DNA from: Botryllus schlosseri
Lineage: Eukaryota
Length of the DNA: 64,000 nucleotides
Direction of reading: 5' to 3'
Assembly (NCBI GenBank): GCA_051294905.1
Contig: CM119371.1
Span: 6,884,001 to 6,948,000, forward strand
Position numbers and translations under genes: made by a program. The notes below the pieces were generated by a model that saw nothing but the letters and a program-made list of their open reading frames with translations, was not told where the DNA came from and ran no database searches. Of this stretch, positions 1 through 12,065 are shown piece after piece. The first letter of the stretch is position 1; each line of letters opens with the position of its first letter.

Positions 1-2470
1 TTGAAAGTTGCAACTTGTTTGACTCTGATTGAAAGAAAATTACTGCCTGTGATGATAAATAAACGATACTTCGTGATAGAAACGATTCAAAATTCGAACT
101 TTGCAGTCACCAAATGTGTTGAGACTTGTTGTTACAGATTGAAATAAGATCGTTTATCGGATCGCGGTTGAGTTGAGTATAAACACCCCACTATAGCCTT
201 GATGGCAAATAATCGAATCCGAAATCATTGATTTTGTAAAAAGATAAACTCAGAATTACGGTACTCACTTTTATCTCCCAGGTAGAATTTTCATAAATTG
301 ATGCATGTCAGATTCCAACTGATTGATAACGGTTGAGATTGTCATGCAAACTTCTTTTATCACCAAATCCATTTCCCATCGGACAACCAGATCATTAAAT
401 GATACGTTATAAATTATGATCTTCTGATGGCAATTAACTGTAACAAAATGAAGAGTGGTTATGAAAAGTACACTCAATGAATGTATAATTGTATTGTATA
501 TGCACCACAGGTTGTTCAAGCCTGGCTACTGTACCAGCAAAAGTGGTTGCCTAGCCTATATAACAAGTTGCCGATAGTCGCCTCATATAAACAGAATCGA
601 AATGGTTTATTTTGAGAATACATACAAATTTGGTATCCTGATCGTGGATAACAAAAAACGAATGATTTTTTAATTAAGGTGTCCCCAAATCCGTCAAAAA
701 CCATCAAAAGAAAGATTTTATTATGTAGTAAAATATTGTTTATGCAAGATTCTCATAAAAGAAGATGGGCATATGAACTTGTAACCCAGGATTGTAATGA
801 CTCGAGTCATGACTTGAATCGAGTCCGACTTGAGTCACCATATTTTGGTGACTCGACTTGACCAGAGTCATTTTTTCAAATGCGCAAAATGACTCGACTC
901 GACCTGTAGGCCTACTCGATGCATTGAGCATGACTCGAACCAAGACATACGACTTGAAACTAGACGGCTAAGACAGACATTTCATTGTAACTTCGAAGAA
1001 TAGTAAAAGTCACCACATGTCTATTAGTTCTGATACTTGCGAAATGGGCCACAAACTGATTGTACCGAGGAAAATTACAATATTATCATTATGAATGCGA
1101 ACCATTCTATTTCACTCGAGCAGAGTTGAAAGAAGTGGGTTGGACCTGGTTGAACACAAAAAACTGAACAGTAAACACAATGACTTTGAAGAGTGAATAG
1201 CTCAAAGCATATAACGCATGCGACTCAACTAGTATTGAAATATTTCTCACTTATTTGAAATTTCCATGCATTGAGTCATTGTATGCTGTGGGGTATTTCA
1301 GGCTGAATTAGCGGAAGTGTGAAACTTGAACCGCCTGCAGTAAGCAATAGGTACGAACTCCTGATATTGGCCGTATAACCATTGTGGCAACAGTTGTAGG
1401 CTACAAGTCGTCATAATCATTGACCATGTCCATATTGAATAGGCCTAAGGAACTAAATATATGATCGGATGCATCGACTAAATCTACCGGCAAGATCATG
1501 CACTGTGGCACAATTAATGGAAGTATATTACCACAAAATTACTGGTTACTATTGCTATTACATTCATCAAATGATACGAATTTACCAAAAAGCAGTTTAC
1601 ACTTATCAAATTACTGCCGCATTGAAATAAAAATGCACAATTTTCAATGCAATAATGATGGATATGGCTTGATGAATTAAAAATATCAAATGTGAGAAAC
1701 TTTATATTCATTCATGTCAAAGCTGCAGACTTGTACTAACTACTAATTGAGTTACTTCGACGGTCAAGACTAGTTCTAATTACCGATTTTGAAAGCGATT
1801 AGTTGTAGTGTTGATATTAGTGTAAACACCAACAGCGGTACACTGGCACAGTAATTGGGTGGGTTGAAAACGGTACATTTCAAACTATTAATAAAATTCT
1901 TTTTAAACGCCGATTTTATCCCTGATATTTTCACTTATCAGGCTCATTTACAATTCAGTAATTCACATTATCAGTACTGCAGTTGCTTCAGAATTGAAAC
2001 TACTAAGTTGTTTTTATTTGCTAGTTACGGATTTTTAAAGCATGTGAATTGTAATTCTAGTAGCCAGTTTTGAAAAGTGAGTGGTTTTAGTTCTAGGTTG
2101 AGTTGCATTTTGAAAATCCAGTAATTTGTACAAGTCTGCTCAGGCGAATGCAATCTATCTCTTCACAAATATGGATGTGTAAATTTCAAAACATTGATCC
2201 ACTTTTGGTGTCACTATTGTCCATTTATCTTGTGATATATCAAACTTTTCGATTGTATGAGCGGTTTCGAAATTTGGTACTGCAAAAATCCACTTGTCAA
2301 TGTGATACACAGAAACCCAACCTTGAGAAGCATTCATAGAAGATGATGAAGTCCACTGAGCTGAAATAACATCGTAACATTCTACGTTATTGACTTTGAT
2401 TCCTGGTATCCACCCGCCGATCACAAATATCTTTTGATCAACTGCAACAACACCACTCCCACTTACAGGA
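1..2470. repeat. Segmental duplicate of ~28378-30850 (3' flank and 3' end of copies 1 and 3)
   Basis: Collinear at an offset of ~28.38 kb, with only scattered substitutions and small indels. Confidence 0.92.
787..1146. mobile_element. Truncated GACTC-family MITE
   Basis: Starts CAGGATTGTAATGACTCGAGTC and is the reverse complement of part of 25829-26394. Right end missing, so the end coordinate is approximate. Confidence 0.75.
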
Positions 2471-3780
2471 TATCTCATTGGTTCGAGATCAACCCACTCT
2501 GATGAGGATGGAGTGAATCTGCAGAATGATGAAAGTGCGACACCATCTTGTCCTTCACCTCCGATACAATAGATGGAATCATTCAATGATACGAGACTTG
2601 TTACACCAATCGCAGTAGGTTTATCTTCTAATTGAATCCATTGATTCACGAGGGAAGTAAACATTTCCACATCACTTGTTGCTACATTATAACTTCCTCC
2701 GACAACGAATATTGATCCCGACAAAGTAACTGAGCGAGGATCGGTTCCATGGTCACAAATCATGTCATTCATTTTTTCCCATTTTGAATTTTTGTTTTTA
2801 AAATGAAGTCTATGAACTGATTTATCCACACATAAAACGTAAATATAAGGGTCTAGAGAAATCGCCGAATGTTTTAAATTCGGAAACTTCTCATCATGGA
2901 ACTTCTCCACTTTCTCAGTTACTGGATTGAAGGATTGGATACAATCTGCGTAACTATCAAAAAGAATTATCAATTCATCTTTGCCAATTTCATCATTCAT
3001 TTTGTACGGTGCCTTTAAACCTTCCAAAAGATGTCCATTGATCAACTTGTACAGTTTCAAGTCGTTACTGATGATTAGGTTTGATTCCAAAAGACGTTCT
3101 AAAAATGCTGGAGAGACTTTATCAAACTTGACAGGTTCAAGACATTCGTGCAAATATTCTTGATTTTTTCCATTTTTCTCAACCCAATTGAACAATAACG
3201 TTAGTTTTTCTTCTTCGCATAAGTTTGATTTGTCCAACATCACAAATTTGAGGACGTTAGTTTTTTCGATATTTCCAAATTCAGGTTGGTTTGATATCTC
3301 CATAATATTTTCAAGAAAAAATATTCTACATCGCGTAGAGACGGCATCCAGTCCATACATATCGGCGACATTTCTTGTGGAAAAGTAATTCTCTACATTA
3401 ACTGATTCCTCCAAATAGTCAGATACTGCCTGTTTTATGTCTTCCAACTGCATCATGATTGCGACATGAAGAAGATGATTCATCTTTTCATCAGGGATCT
3501 CAAATTTGCCGGAATATATGAAATCGATGCAGTTTTTCACACATTGAGAATCGACCTCTTTCAGAACGACTTTTCCTTCGCGACTCTCTTTGGTGTCGTG
3601 TTTTAACATCGCTTTGAAGTAATCACAACCAGCCGACAATACATTTCTGTGAGTGTAATAGACATCATCTCCCACTTGAATTATGAAATCACAATGATCG
3701 TTTTCCAGCTTCATTCGATGTAATTCTTCCATCATCTTCACTGAATGTTGCTCTACATTTGGACACACAATCTGCACCAT
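2155..3780 (-). CDS. BTB-BACK-Kelch (KLHL-like) protein, copy 1, intact, intronless, 541 aa
   Basis: Uninterrupted ORF. BTB motif (CDFIIQVG..HRNVLSAGCDYFKAML..FIYSG), BACK region (EEEKLTLLFNWV) and kelch repeats (IFVVGG, IYCIGG, IFVIGG..VECYD...QW). Confidence 0.95.
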   Translation of the reverse strand: MVQIVCPNVEQHSVKMMEELHRMKLENDHCDFIIQVGDDVYYTHRNVLSAGCDYFKAMLKHDTKESREGKVVLKEVDSQCVKNCIDFIYSGKFEIPDEKMNHLLHVAIMMQLEDIKQAVSDYLEESVNVENYFSTRNVADMYGLDAVSTRCRIFFLENIMEISNQPEFGNIEKTNVLKFVMLDKSNLCEEEKLTLLFNWVEKNGKNQEYLHECLEPVKFDKVSPAFLERLLESNLIISNDLKLYKLINGHLLEGLKAPYKMNDEIGKDELIILFDSYADCIQSFNPVTEKVEKFHDEKFPNLKHSAISLDPYIYVLCVDKSVHRLHFKNKNSKWEKMNDMICDHGTDPRSVTLSGSIFVVGGSYNVATSDVEMFTSLVNQWIQLEDKPTAIGVTSLVSLNDSIYCIGGEGQDGVALSSFCRFTPSSSEWVDLEPMRYPVSGSGVVAVDQKIFVIGGWIPGIKVNNVECYDVISAQWTSSSSMNASQGWVSVYHIDKWIFAVPNFETAHTIEKFDISQDKWTIVTPKVDQCFEIYTSIFVKR

Positions 3781-3913
3781 GATTGCTAATCAAGCACAAT
3801 ATATAAGGATCCTACGATTATTATAATACAGTCAAACACTGTTATCGAAGTGAAGATTAGTTAACTCAAGTAAAATACCCGTTGAAAAAATCATAAAACT
3901 TATTAACGTCACA

Positions 3914-5078
3914 CATAGGCGCCGAACGCTAATTTTCCTTAGGCATGCGAGTTCGATGACGTCACAAAGGAATGACGTCATGGTCTGACGGAATTGATAA
4001 TTAGGGATAATATAGTATCAATTCATGAGAGTTAAGTGCCTGCATAAATGCCGATTATGCAATATCTTCGTGTTAACAAACTTGCGCGTATGATAAGCTT
4101 GTCAACGAGTCCGGAAGTGCTGTCAATTAGCGAGTTCCTGATCGCTAGCGAACAATTAAATACGCCACTTATCAACGCGTATTACGTAACCTCGGCGACG
4201 ATTTGCGCAAGGCAAAATGTCAGAGTTGCTATGGAATCTGTTCTATAATGGCACGGACTTCAGGTTGTTCAAACCTTTCTCGTCTTTTACAACTCAAGCC
4301 TTGACAGTTGACACACATCTTCTGATGGTTATGTTTAGGTATTAGCGGAATTCACTTACGCATGCACGGCGCACTCACAATCGCACCTGTCTGCGGACAT
4401 TCGATGTTATTCAGGTCAGCGATGTCGCTCTTTAATTACAATCGCTAACCAACAAACACCTAACGGCATTGTCACCAAGCCATCGAGTGATTGGAACTAA
4501 CGCATGGTAGGCTCGAGAGATGGGAGCCAACGCATGCTCGGCTATAGACGTGATAGTTGGCCAGCGATGATATCTTTCGTACCAGGCCTGTTGCAGATGC
4601 GATTGTGTAGGCAAGCGATAATATCGTGCGCGCCAATGCAGATGCGATAGTGCAGGCAGCGATGGCACCGGGCCTACTGCTGATGTGATTTCATGCTCAA
4701 GCAAGTGAAACTAGGCTTGTCGGAGACGCGATAAAGCAGGCAAGCGTCCCAAACGATGATTGCCGAGCGCACGGCAATCAATGACACAATTTCGCGATCA
4801 TCTCAGCGCAAGATCGCGTCGCGTTACATTGTGCACAGACAAATCTCGTTAATTGGCAACGCGCTTGTAGCTAATTGGCCGCGCGCAACGGGTTACCTCA
4901 CTCACATATAAGCGGTAGCAGGTAATGTCGTAAACGGAAATACATAACGATTCGTTCTAAATAACACAATCGGGGTTTATGCCGATTCATGCCAAACCGA
5001 ATTCTAGGCATGCCGCATGCCTAAAAAAATGTCTAGGCATGCCTGGCATGCCTTGCATGCCCAGGTTCGGCGCCTATG
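3914..5078. mobile_element. Non-autonomous TIR element with 8-bp TSD (hAT- or P-like) upstream of copy 1
   Basis: 14-bp TIR CATAGGCGCCGAAC / GTTCGGCGCCTATG. TSD acgtcaca (3906-3913, 5079-5086). Empty site upstream of copies 2 and 3 (~17784, ~36156). Confidence 0.88.
3957..3980. promoter_or_regulatory. Two perfect CRE palindromes (TGACGTCA) ~180-200 bp upstream of the copy 1 ATG, carried by the inserted element
   Basis: TGACGTCA at 3957-3964 and 3973-3980. Function is inferred only. Confidence 0.35.
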
Positions 5079-5154
5079 ACGTCACAAGTTGAATGAATGA
5101 ATTGAAGGAAAGTCAACTGCACATAAGATGAACACTGAACAGGAGGAGGATTGG

Positions 5155-5270
5155 TTCGATTTGTTTGAAATACGGTCAGATTTGTTTGAAATGAGGTCAG
5201 TCTCATGTTTGAAATGAGGATAGTCATGTCAGAAATAAGGATAGTCATGTTTGAAATAAGGATAGTCGCT
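5155..5270. repeat. Short tandem repeat, ~21-bp unit (tttgaaatragg-atagtcatg)
   Basis: About five degenerate copies visible. Confidence 0.7.
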
Positions 5271-5322
5271 ATATTCACTATAAAGTCAGTTGCAGTACCA
5301 GGCACGACTTCCCAGTGGTAGC

Positions 5323-6845
5323 CCAGTCCGAACACATCCCAGACCCAGTCCGAACACATCCCAGACATGATGTCCGAACACATCCCAGACATGATGTCCG
5401 AACACGCACCAGACACCATGTCTGAATGACAACAAAGGCCAAACACATCTCAGACACCATGTCCTAATGGCAGCAAATGCCGAACACACCTCAGACATGA
5501 TGTCCAAACACGCCCCAGACACGATGTCCGTCTGGCTGCACAGGCCGAACACACCCCAGACATGATGTCCAAACATGTGCCAGACACGATGTTCGAGTGG
5601 CAATACAGTAGGCTTACCATATTTCGGAAATGAAAAAAGAGGACACTTTTTCAGAAATTTCAGACAAGCAAAACCGGAGAATAATTCTCAAAAACAGGTA
5701 AATTTCACCCGCTTCATGATCGGTTGTCTAAAAAAAAAAAAAAAGGTCATCACTTCCGCTCAGAGCTCAAAAACACGTTTTTCACTCCACATTGCTAGGT
5801 GGATGACTAAAAAAAAAAGGTCTTCTTTTCGCTCAGAGCTCAAAATCACGTTTTTCACTCCACATTGCCAGGTGGATGACTAAAAAAAAAGGTCTTCTTT
5901 TCGCTCAGAGCTGAAATCACCACTTTTCCGTCCGAAATACCCCCCGGAGCTTCACTTCTGCACTAATTTGCGGCATATCACTCGCAATTTCCTCTAAATC
6001 TGACCTAAATTTTCAAAAAAGAGGACAAAATCTCAAAAAAGAGGACAAAAGGGCGTCCTCCGAGGACACTTTCAAAAAAGTCAAAAAAGAGGACAAATCC
6101 TCTTAAAAGAGGACGTATATGGTAAGCCTACAATACAGGCCTAACACGCCCAAGACACCATTACGTCTGAATGGCAACACAGACCGAACGCGCCCCAGAC
6201 ACGATGTCCGAGTGTCAACTCTGATCCGAACACAACCCAGATACCATGTTTGAATGGCCGAACATGCCCCAGACACGATGTGCGATTGGCAGCACAGGCT
6301 GAACACACCCCAGACATGATGTCCAAGCACGCCCCAGACACGATGTCCGGGTATCAACACAGGCTGAACACGCCCAAGACACCATGTCCGAATGGCAGCA
6401 CAGACCGAACACGCCCCAGACACCATGTTTGAATGGCAATATCACATACCGAACACGCCCCAGACACGATGTCCGCGTATCAACACAGGCCGAACACGCC
6501 GAAGACACCATGTCCGACCGAACACGACCCAGACACGATATCTGAGTGTCAACTCAGTCCGAACACAACCCAGACACCATGTTTGAATGGCCGAACACGC
6601 CCCAGACACGATGTCCGATTGGCAGCACACGCCAAACACACCCCAGACATGATGTCCGATTGGCAGCACAGGGCGAACACACCCCTGACATGATGCCCAA
6701 ACACGCGCCAGACACGATATCCGAGTGTCAATACAGGCCTAACACGCCCAAAGACACCATGTCTGAACGGCAACACAGACCGAACACGCCCCAGACACAA
6801 TGTCCGAGTGTCAACTCAGTCCGAACACAACCCAGATACCATGCA
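5323..6845. repeat. Minisatellite built on ccgaacacgccccagacacgatgt with variable linkers, interrupted by a MITE
   Basis: Dozens of degenerate copies of the ~24-bp core with recurring linkers (ggcagcacagg, gagtgtcaactcagt). Confidence 0.9.
5609..6130. mobile_element. hAT-type MITE (TAGGCTTACCATA TIR, Blackjack-like) inserted in the minisatellite
   Basis: TIR TAGGCTTACCATAT / ATATGGTAAGCCTA. TSD caatacag (5601-5608, 6131-6138). Subterminal GAGGACA motifs. Second copy at 56266-56796. Confidence 0.88.
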
Positions 6846-8808
6846 AGTCCAACATACAGTCAGAAGAGTTCGCCACATAACTTGTTGAGAAGTTCGATCG
6901 GATGTTTAATTGACTTTACCGGCTATTGAAGTACATTACGTTGATAAATCCACTGACTACTGTTTGGTCACTATGCTTTACGCTGAAAGTTTACATTAAA
7001 TACGATTTATTCCTGGTATAGGTTGATAACTACGCAATTGATATATCGATCCAGGATTTCGGCAAAATAATCAGGTCGACAGCTTGCTAGATTCCCAATT
7101 TTATGCTTTCAACACATTTCATATTTACAAACAGTAGAGAAGTAACAACCCAATTATGTCTGATTCATTTCGCAGAAGATTATGATGATAATTTACTCTT
7201 ACGCAGTTGTAAGCAACAGATGGACAAAAGGCAGATATATATTGAATTTCAAGCCTAACCTGAACACAGTCATGTCTTAAATTTAGCTCCTCCAAAGCGT
7301 CAGGTCCAGCAAACAACATCCCAATATTATTCAAAACACTGATACAAAGTGAAGATGTCGAACTAGCAATAACGAGAGCGAAAGTATCAAAACTTCTGTA
7401 CAATCATCTGTACACAGTAGGGGCTCTGTACATAGTAAATATTAGAATGTGCAACCTAAATTGCTGTAATCCCTGTCAAGAAAGAAACCGTATTTTTGCT
7501 TTGAGGATCGTGAGGGTTAACATATCTGCGAAAAGCAGTGCTTCTTGTCCTTTTCATAGTTGTGGCCCAATTTCCATTTTGCAAAGATGGCATGACCCGC
7601 CGCTCGGCCTTAATCTTCTTTTAAGCGGCGGCAATACGGCAGGTTTAGGCCGAGCAGTACATATAAAATAATAGTTCGTTCTCAAGAGCCCAAGAATGGC
7701 AAATGTATGTATTGCAAGCTTGGCTCGTTTTGAACTATACAGCTCTTGTGTAGCCTTCACAGCAAAACCGGAAGTTAGAATGGAACATTTCCTAACTTAT
7801 ATTAAAATTAGAGCAATAAACATTTCACAGATTAAATAAGAGTCAGATTACTGGCATTTTCCTCGAATTAGTCGAATAAGGCAGTTAAAACTATCCAGTT
7901 GTCCAAGTCTGTCTGGACCGTATAAGCCTTTTCAATTGTTTGATTTGGCGGTCCGACTTGGATTAGTACTTGGGGCCTGCAGTGCGCTTCACCTGGTCAC
8001 TAGATGTCGGCAAAGTGAACGAGGCGCTTTCCGTAACGAGTTCTCCCTCGACAAATTTGAAATTTTGCCGCTGTCTGATTCCGTCGTCGTGACAACTTGC
8101 GACCCAGGTAGGGGGTCGGGGGTTTGAATTTAACGAACTCTTCGTTTGATTGAGCCGCCACATTCTTACTCGCTTTGAAACGTCGCACAGGACTGGTCCG
8201 GTTCACGTCCTCCTCGTTCTGCAAATAATAGTTGGGGGTCAGTCAATACTAGCATTGGAATCACGGGATCAACTCTAAAGAAATAAGGAGATATCGAGAA
8301 AGCATTTATCAGAGCTGTAGTAGCATTTACTTTGCTCTTAAAGCAGCGTTACAATATCAGCTTACAGTCTTGAACACGCTACATTGCCGTGCCGATAATA
8401 CCAACTATGAACTACATCAGTGGTCTCAAATCTTTTTTAAAATGCTACACCATTTTGAAGGTCACGCAAAACTTGTACCCCTCATTTAACAAAATACATC
8501 GAATCCGTCGTAATGCTAATCGGAAGGCTGCAATACTTCGGAAACGCTAATGCTATAAACTAATCAGCGGTCGAGATTACCACATCACGATCTAACACTG
8601 GTTTTCAACGGCGGTCTACGAAACATTTTCAGGAAACCGGAAGCCGATCGAATAATCTAATTTGTGATATTGCAAGCTAGGGTGGATCATGTAAAGCAAT
8701 TTTGCTTCTAATCGCTATAACTTCATGGTTTACATCAGCCGAATGACCGTTTGATACAAGATATCCAACTGCACCAGCTGATTTTAATTGCCTGCAAACA
8801 ATTTAGTC

Positions 8809-9207
8809 CAGTGGTTCCCAACGTGGGCGATATCGCCCCCCAGGGGGCGATTTGGCGATCTAGGGGGGCGAAAATGACGAAGGGGGCGACAGGGGGGCGA
8901 AAATGGACAAAGGGGGCGACGGGGGCGAAAATAGCGAAGGGGGCGATAGGGGGGCGATGACGCGTAAAACCGGCTGACCTTTTTTTTTTTTTTTTTTTTT
9001 TTTTAGTCATCCACCTAGCAATGCGGAGCGAAAAAACGTTATTTTCAGCTCTGAGCGGTGAAAGATGACCTTTTTTTTTTTTTTTTAGTCAACCCGCCAG
9101 TGATAACAGTCTGTATGCCCAATTATCGGTGCACAAAATTTGGGGGGCGATGATCGGTGTTGACCTTGAAAAGGGGGCGATGGGTCGAAAAAGGTTGGGA
9201 ACCACTG
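8809..9207. mobile_element. hAT (Buster/Charlie-type) MITE, CAGTGGTTCCCAAC TIR
   Basis: Perfect 14-bp TIR. TSD atttagtc (8801-8808, 9208-9215; nnnTAnnn pattern). Empty site at 38634-38641 in the paralogous spacer. GGGGCGA subterminal repeats. Confidence 0.92.
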
Positions 9208-12065
9208 ATTTAGTCAATGGTTAGAACTATTGTTACAAACATTTTGCTGTTTAGAGCTGACATTGAGGTTTGTGTAAAAACTGCAAATTTGGAATAGAAA
9301 GGTCAAATTTGTGATCATAATCAGAAACCGCTTTAACGACGATATTCTCCGTGCTCTCACGATTTTGAGTCGGTATTACGATAACGTGACTTGCAAGTGT
9401 ATATTTCTACATCACTAAACTCAGGGTTGTCGAGTAAAAATCCCAATCGTGGGGTTTAAATTTTAATCCCGAAATCCCAAATCTTGTGAGGGATGACATA
9501 AAAAACTCACCATCTTCCGTGGGACCCGCACTTATTCTGGTATCCCATCTTGAAAAAAAGATTGCACGGATGATAGGAATCAGAACTTCTACTTTTTAGA
9601 TTTCTTTAAGTGGGTTTTGTCTACATCTACAGTTACCTCAAGTGATCGGTTTTATATTCTTCCACTTCTACAGAGTTTTAGGAAAAACTAGTTGCTTGTT
9701 ACACTTTGGATTTCGCGGGAGATTTTTAGTGCTCGCAATCTCTAACTTTCGATTTCAAACTTTCCACTAGGCCCACAATACTTTATTTTTTTCACCATTT
9801 GGAAATTTCTACTTCTACTTGTACTTGAAAAGAAATTTACCACACTGCTTATCCTTTCAGTCGAGTACTAACGACGAACACTTTCACCGCACCTGCTCCT
9901 GAAACAGCGATGTAGAATCGCCGCCAAACCCAACCTTCCCCCACCTTTTTATATCGGGATCAATCGACTTTTCCTGTGGACCAAGGGTGGGACCTGGGGC
10001 TCATTCTGTCGGATCACTCCCGGTGATGGGTGGTCCTTTGACCAATTGGGTGCCATGCCGGAAACCCATCCTGAACGAGGGCGATGCTGGAATGAAAGGG
10101 GGTATTTTTTTGGCAGCACGAAGCAAAATGCGACACTGACTCGATTACAATCATAATTGTAAATACAAGGTATCCTCAAAATTAAATTATAAGTCAAATG
10201 ATTGCTACATATTATTTCCGAATGAGATTAGAATCAGAATTACATCTATACAGCTAACAGACTTTACCTCAGTCCGAATTTACTGGAAAACAGTGCCCAA
10301 TATTTTTTGCATGATTTATTTGTCAAATCAGAATGAGTAAATGCTGGATGTAGGCGTAGGTAGGATGTAAATATCTGGGTGTGCCAATGCGAAGGATAGC
10401 AACATCTTACAAGAAATGACATAACGGTGTATGGAAATCCATTCGATTTCCATCGATTCGTTTCACACTGACATTGTCAACATTGCGGACAGAATGTTTG
10501 CTATATCCTACACCGCTGTTCACAGATAGGCCAACTCACCTGTTGTCATCTCGAAATCTTGATATAGAGATCTTGTCTTTTGGCAGTTGACAAGGTCTGA
10601 AACAAAATCCCATTATTCTTCATCCGGAAAAATGGACTAGCACTGCTACTTTGTTACTGTGCACAGCGGCGTGTTTCACTTCGATTTATTCATTTATCTT
10701 TTACGGCATCACAGAGACGTCGTCGTGGGTGATAATACCATATACATAGGTTTGCTTGGTCATTCAACATTGCGCAGTGCTCAATGTCCGACATCGACGT
10801 ATTTTTCCATAACACAAAAGAGGTCAACCACAATCGCCTCTAACAAATACAGATCAGCGAACAAATGCAAGCTTTTAAACGGGCTCTCAAGGAGAATGTG
10901 CAGTATGCGTGAGGATAACCCTTAGTTCAAGGACTCGTCAATTAGCAAGTAGCCATCGGACAGATTTGTATCATTTTCACAAGTGAAATTATTGGCAATT
11001 ACTAGTGATAAAGAATATTAATTCAAAAGTCCTGCCTATTTGCATCGATATTATTCATTACGCATTAATTGCAAAATATTATTCATCTTATCAGTGGTAA
11101 TTGACTAACAAAGCCCGTGACGCTACTTTGTAAAATTACTTACTTCAGTTCTTTTATGACCTTGATCCTGACTTCTACTTCAAGTAGTCTGACAGCTCTC
11201 GAGAATTGCTGCTTCTATTTCAAATCGAGTAGAAATTCGGGGATGGCTTCTTCTTTAACTGACGAGTTAGCACAATGATAGAGCGTTGGATTCTTGATCG
11301 GTGAGGTTGTCCACGCAGTCAACGTTGCTGCTCTAGTAAAAGTAAAATTATTATCGTAAATTGCTACTTAAAGGGGCACTGCACTCTCAAAATGCCGAGG
11401 TCTCAAATTCAAGGGCAAAACGAACAAAGAATTTTGGCCACAGCCATTTTCTTCCGAACGCCACTGTAATGGAGCTGCAAAATTTCCAGAAGACCTTCAC
11501 GCTCCAGCTGCCGCGCGCATCATCGTTTGTTAAGCAGTTGACAAAATTTTTGTTCACTGTCGTATTGCTTGACGCGATTAGGCAATCACTTAAAGAACCA
11601 ACTTTCAATAGTTTTCATCCGATATTATGAAGGAATTATGTCTTACACGCCAGAGCGGTTTAGTTACTTTAAGTATAGGCGTATGGAGCCGGCACTCAAC
11701 ATATGATGTTAAGTCAGGAGGATTTGTGTCTGAAGCTTGTCATGACTCTATAACATTTGCCAGTTGACTGATACTGAGATGTCATTACCATTGTATATTG
11801 ATGCAAAGCTATTCATGCAGCAGTAGTTTTCAAGCTGTGATTTTACAGCGTAATACTGACTGCACAGTGCACAACCTTTGGAGTATGACATGATCTATTT
11901 TTGTCCTAAAGAAATAGAATACAATAGGCCCGATTTAGACCTAAATCTCTTGACTGAATATCGTAAGTTGAACGTCGAATCCTAACCACCTTGGCGTATA
12001 CCGGTGTACGACATATTTCCTTCATAACATCGGCAGACAACTATCTCAAGTGCGTACTCTGCGTG

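Noticed and set aside
271..1711. Short ORFs recurring at 28.6-30.1 kb as conserved small genes
   Set aside because: The recurrence is explained by recent segmental duplication, and they are not open in the more diverged spacers.
2981..3388. Plus-strand ORFs antisense to the Kelch genes (also at 31339, 44948, 53533, 62354)
   Set aside because: These are shadow frames of the conserved minus-strand CDS.
5033..6929. Many overlapping Cys/His/Pro-rich ORFs
   Set aside because: Open frames on both strands arise from the stop-poor minisatellite. No domain is recognisable.
11261..11310. tRNA-like sequence (A-box-like TAGCACAATGATAGAGC and a CTT anticodon-like arm)
   Set aside because: No B-box/T-arm or acceptor-stem closure is visible. 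At most a decayed tRNA-derived SINE head.
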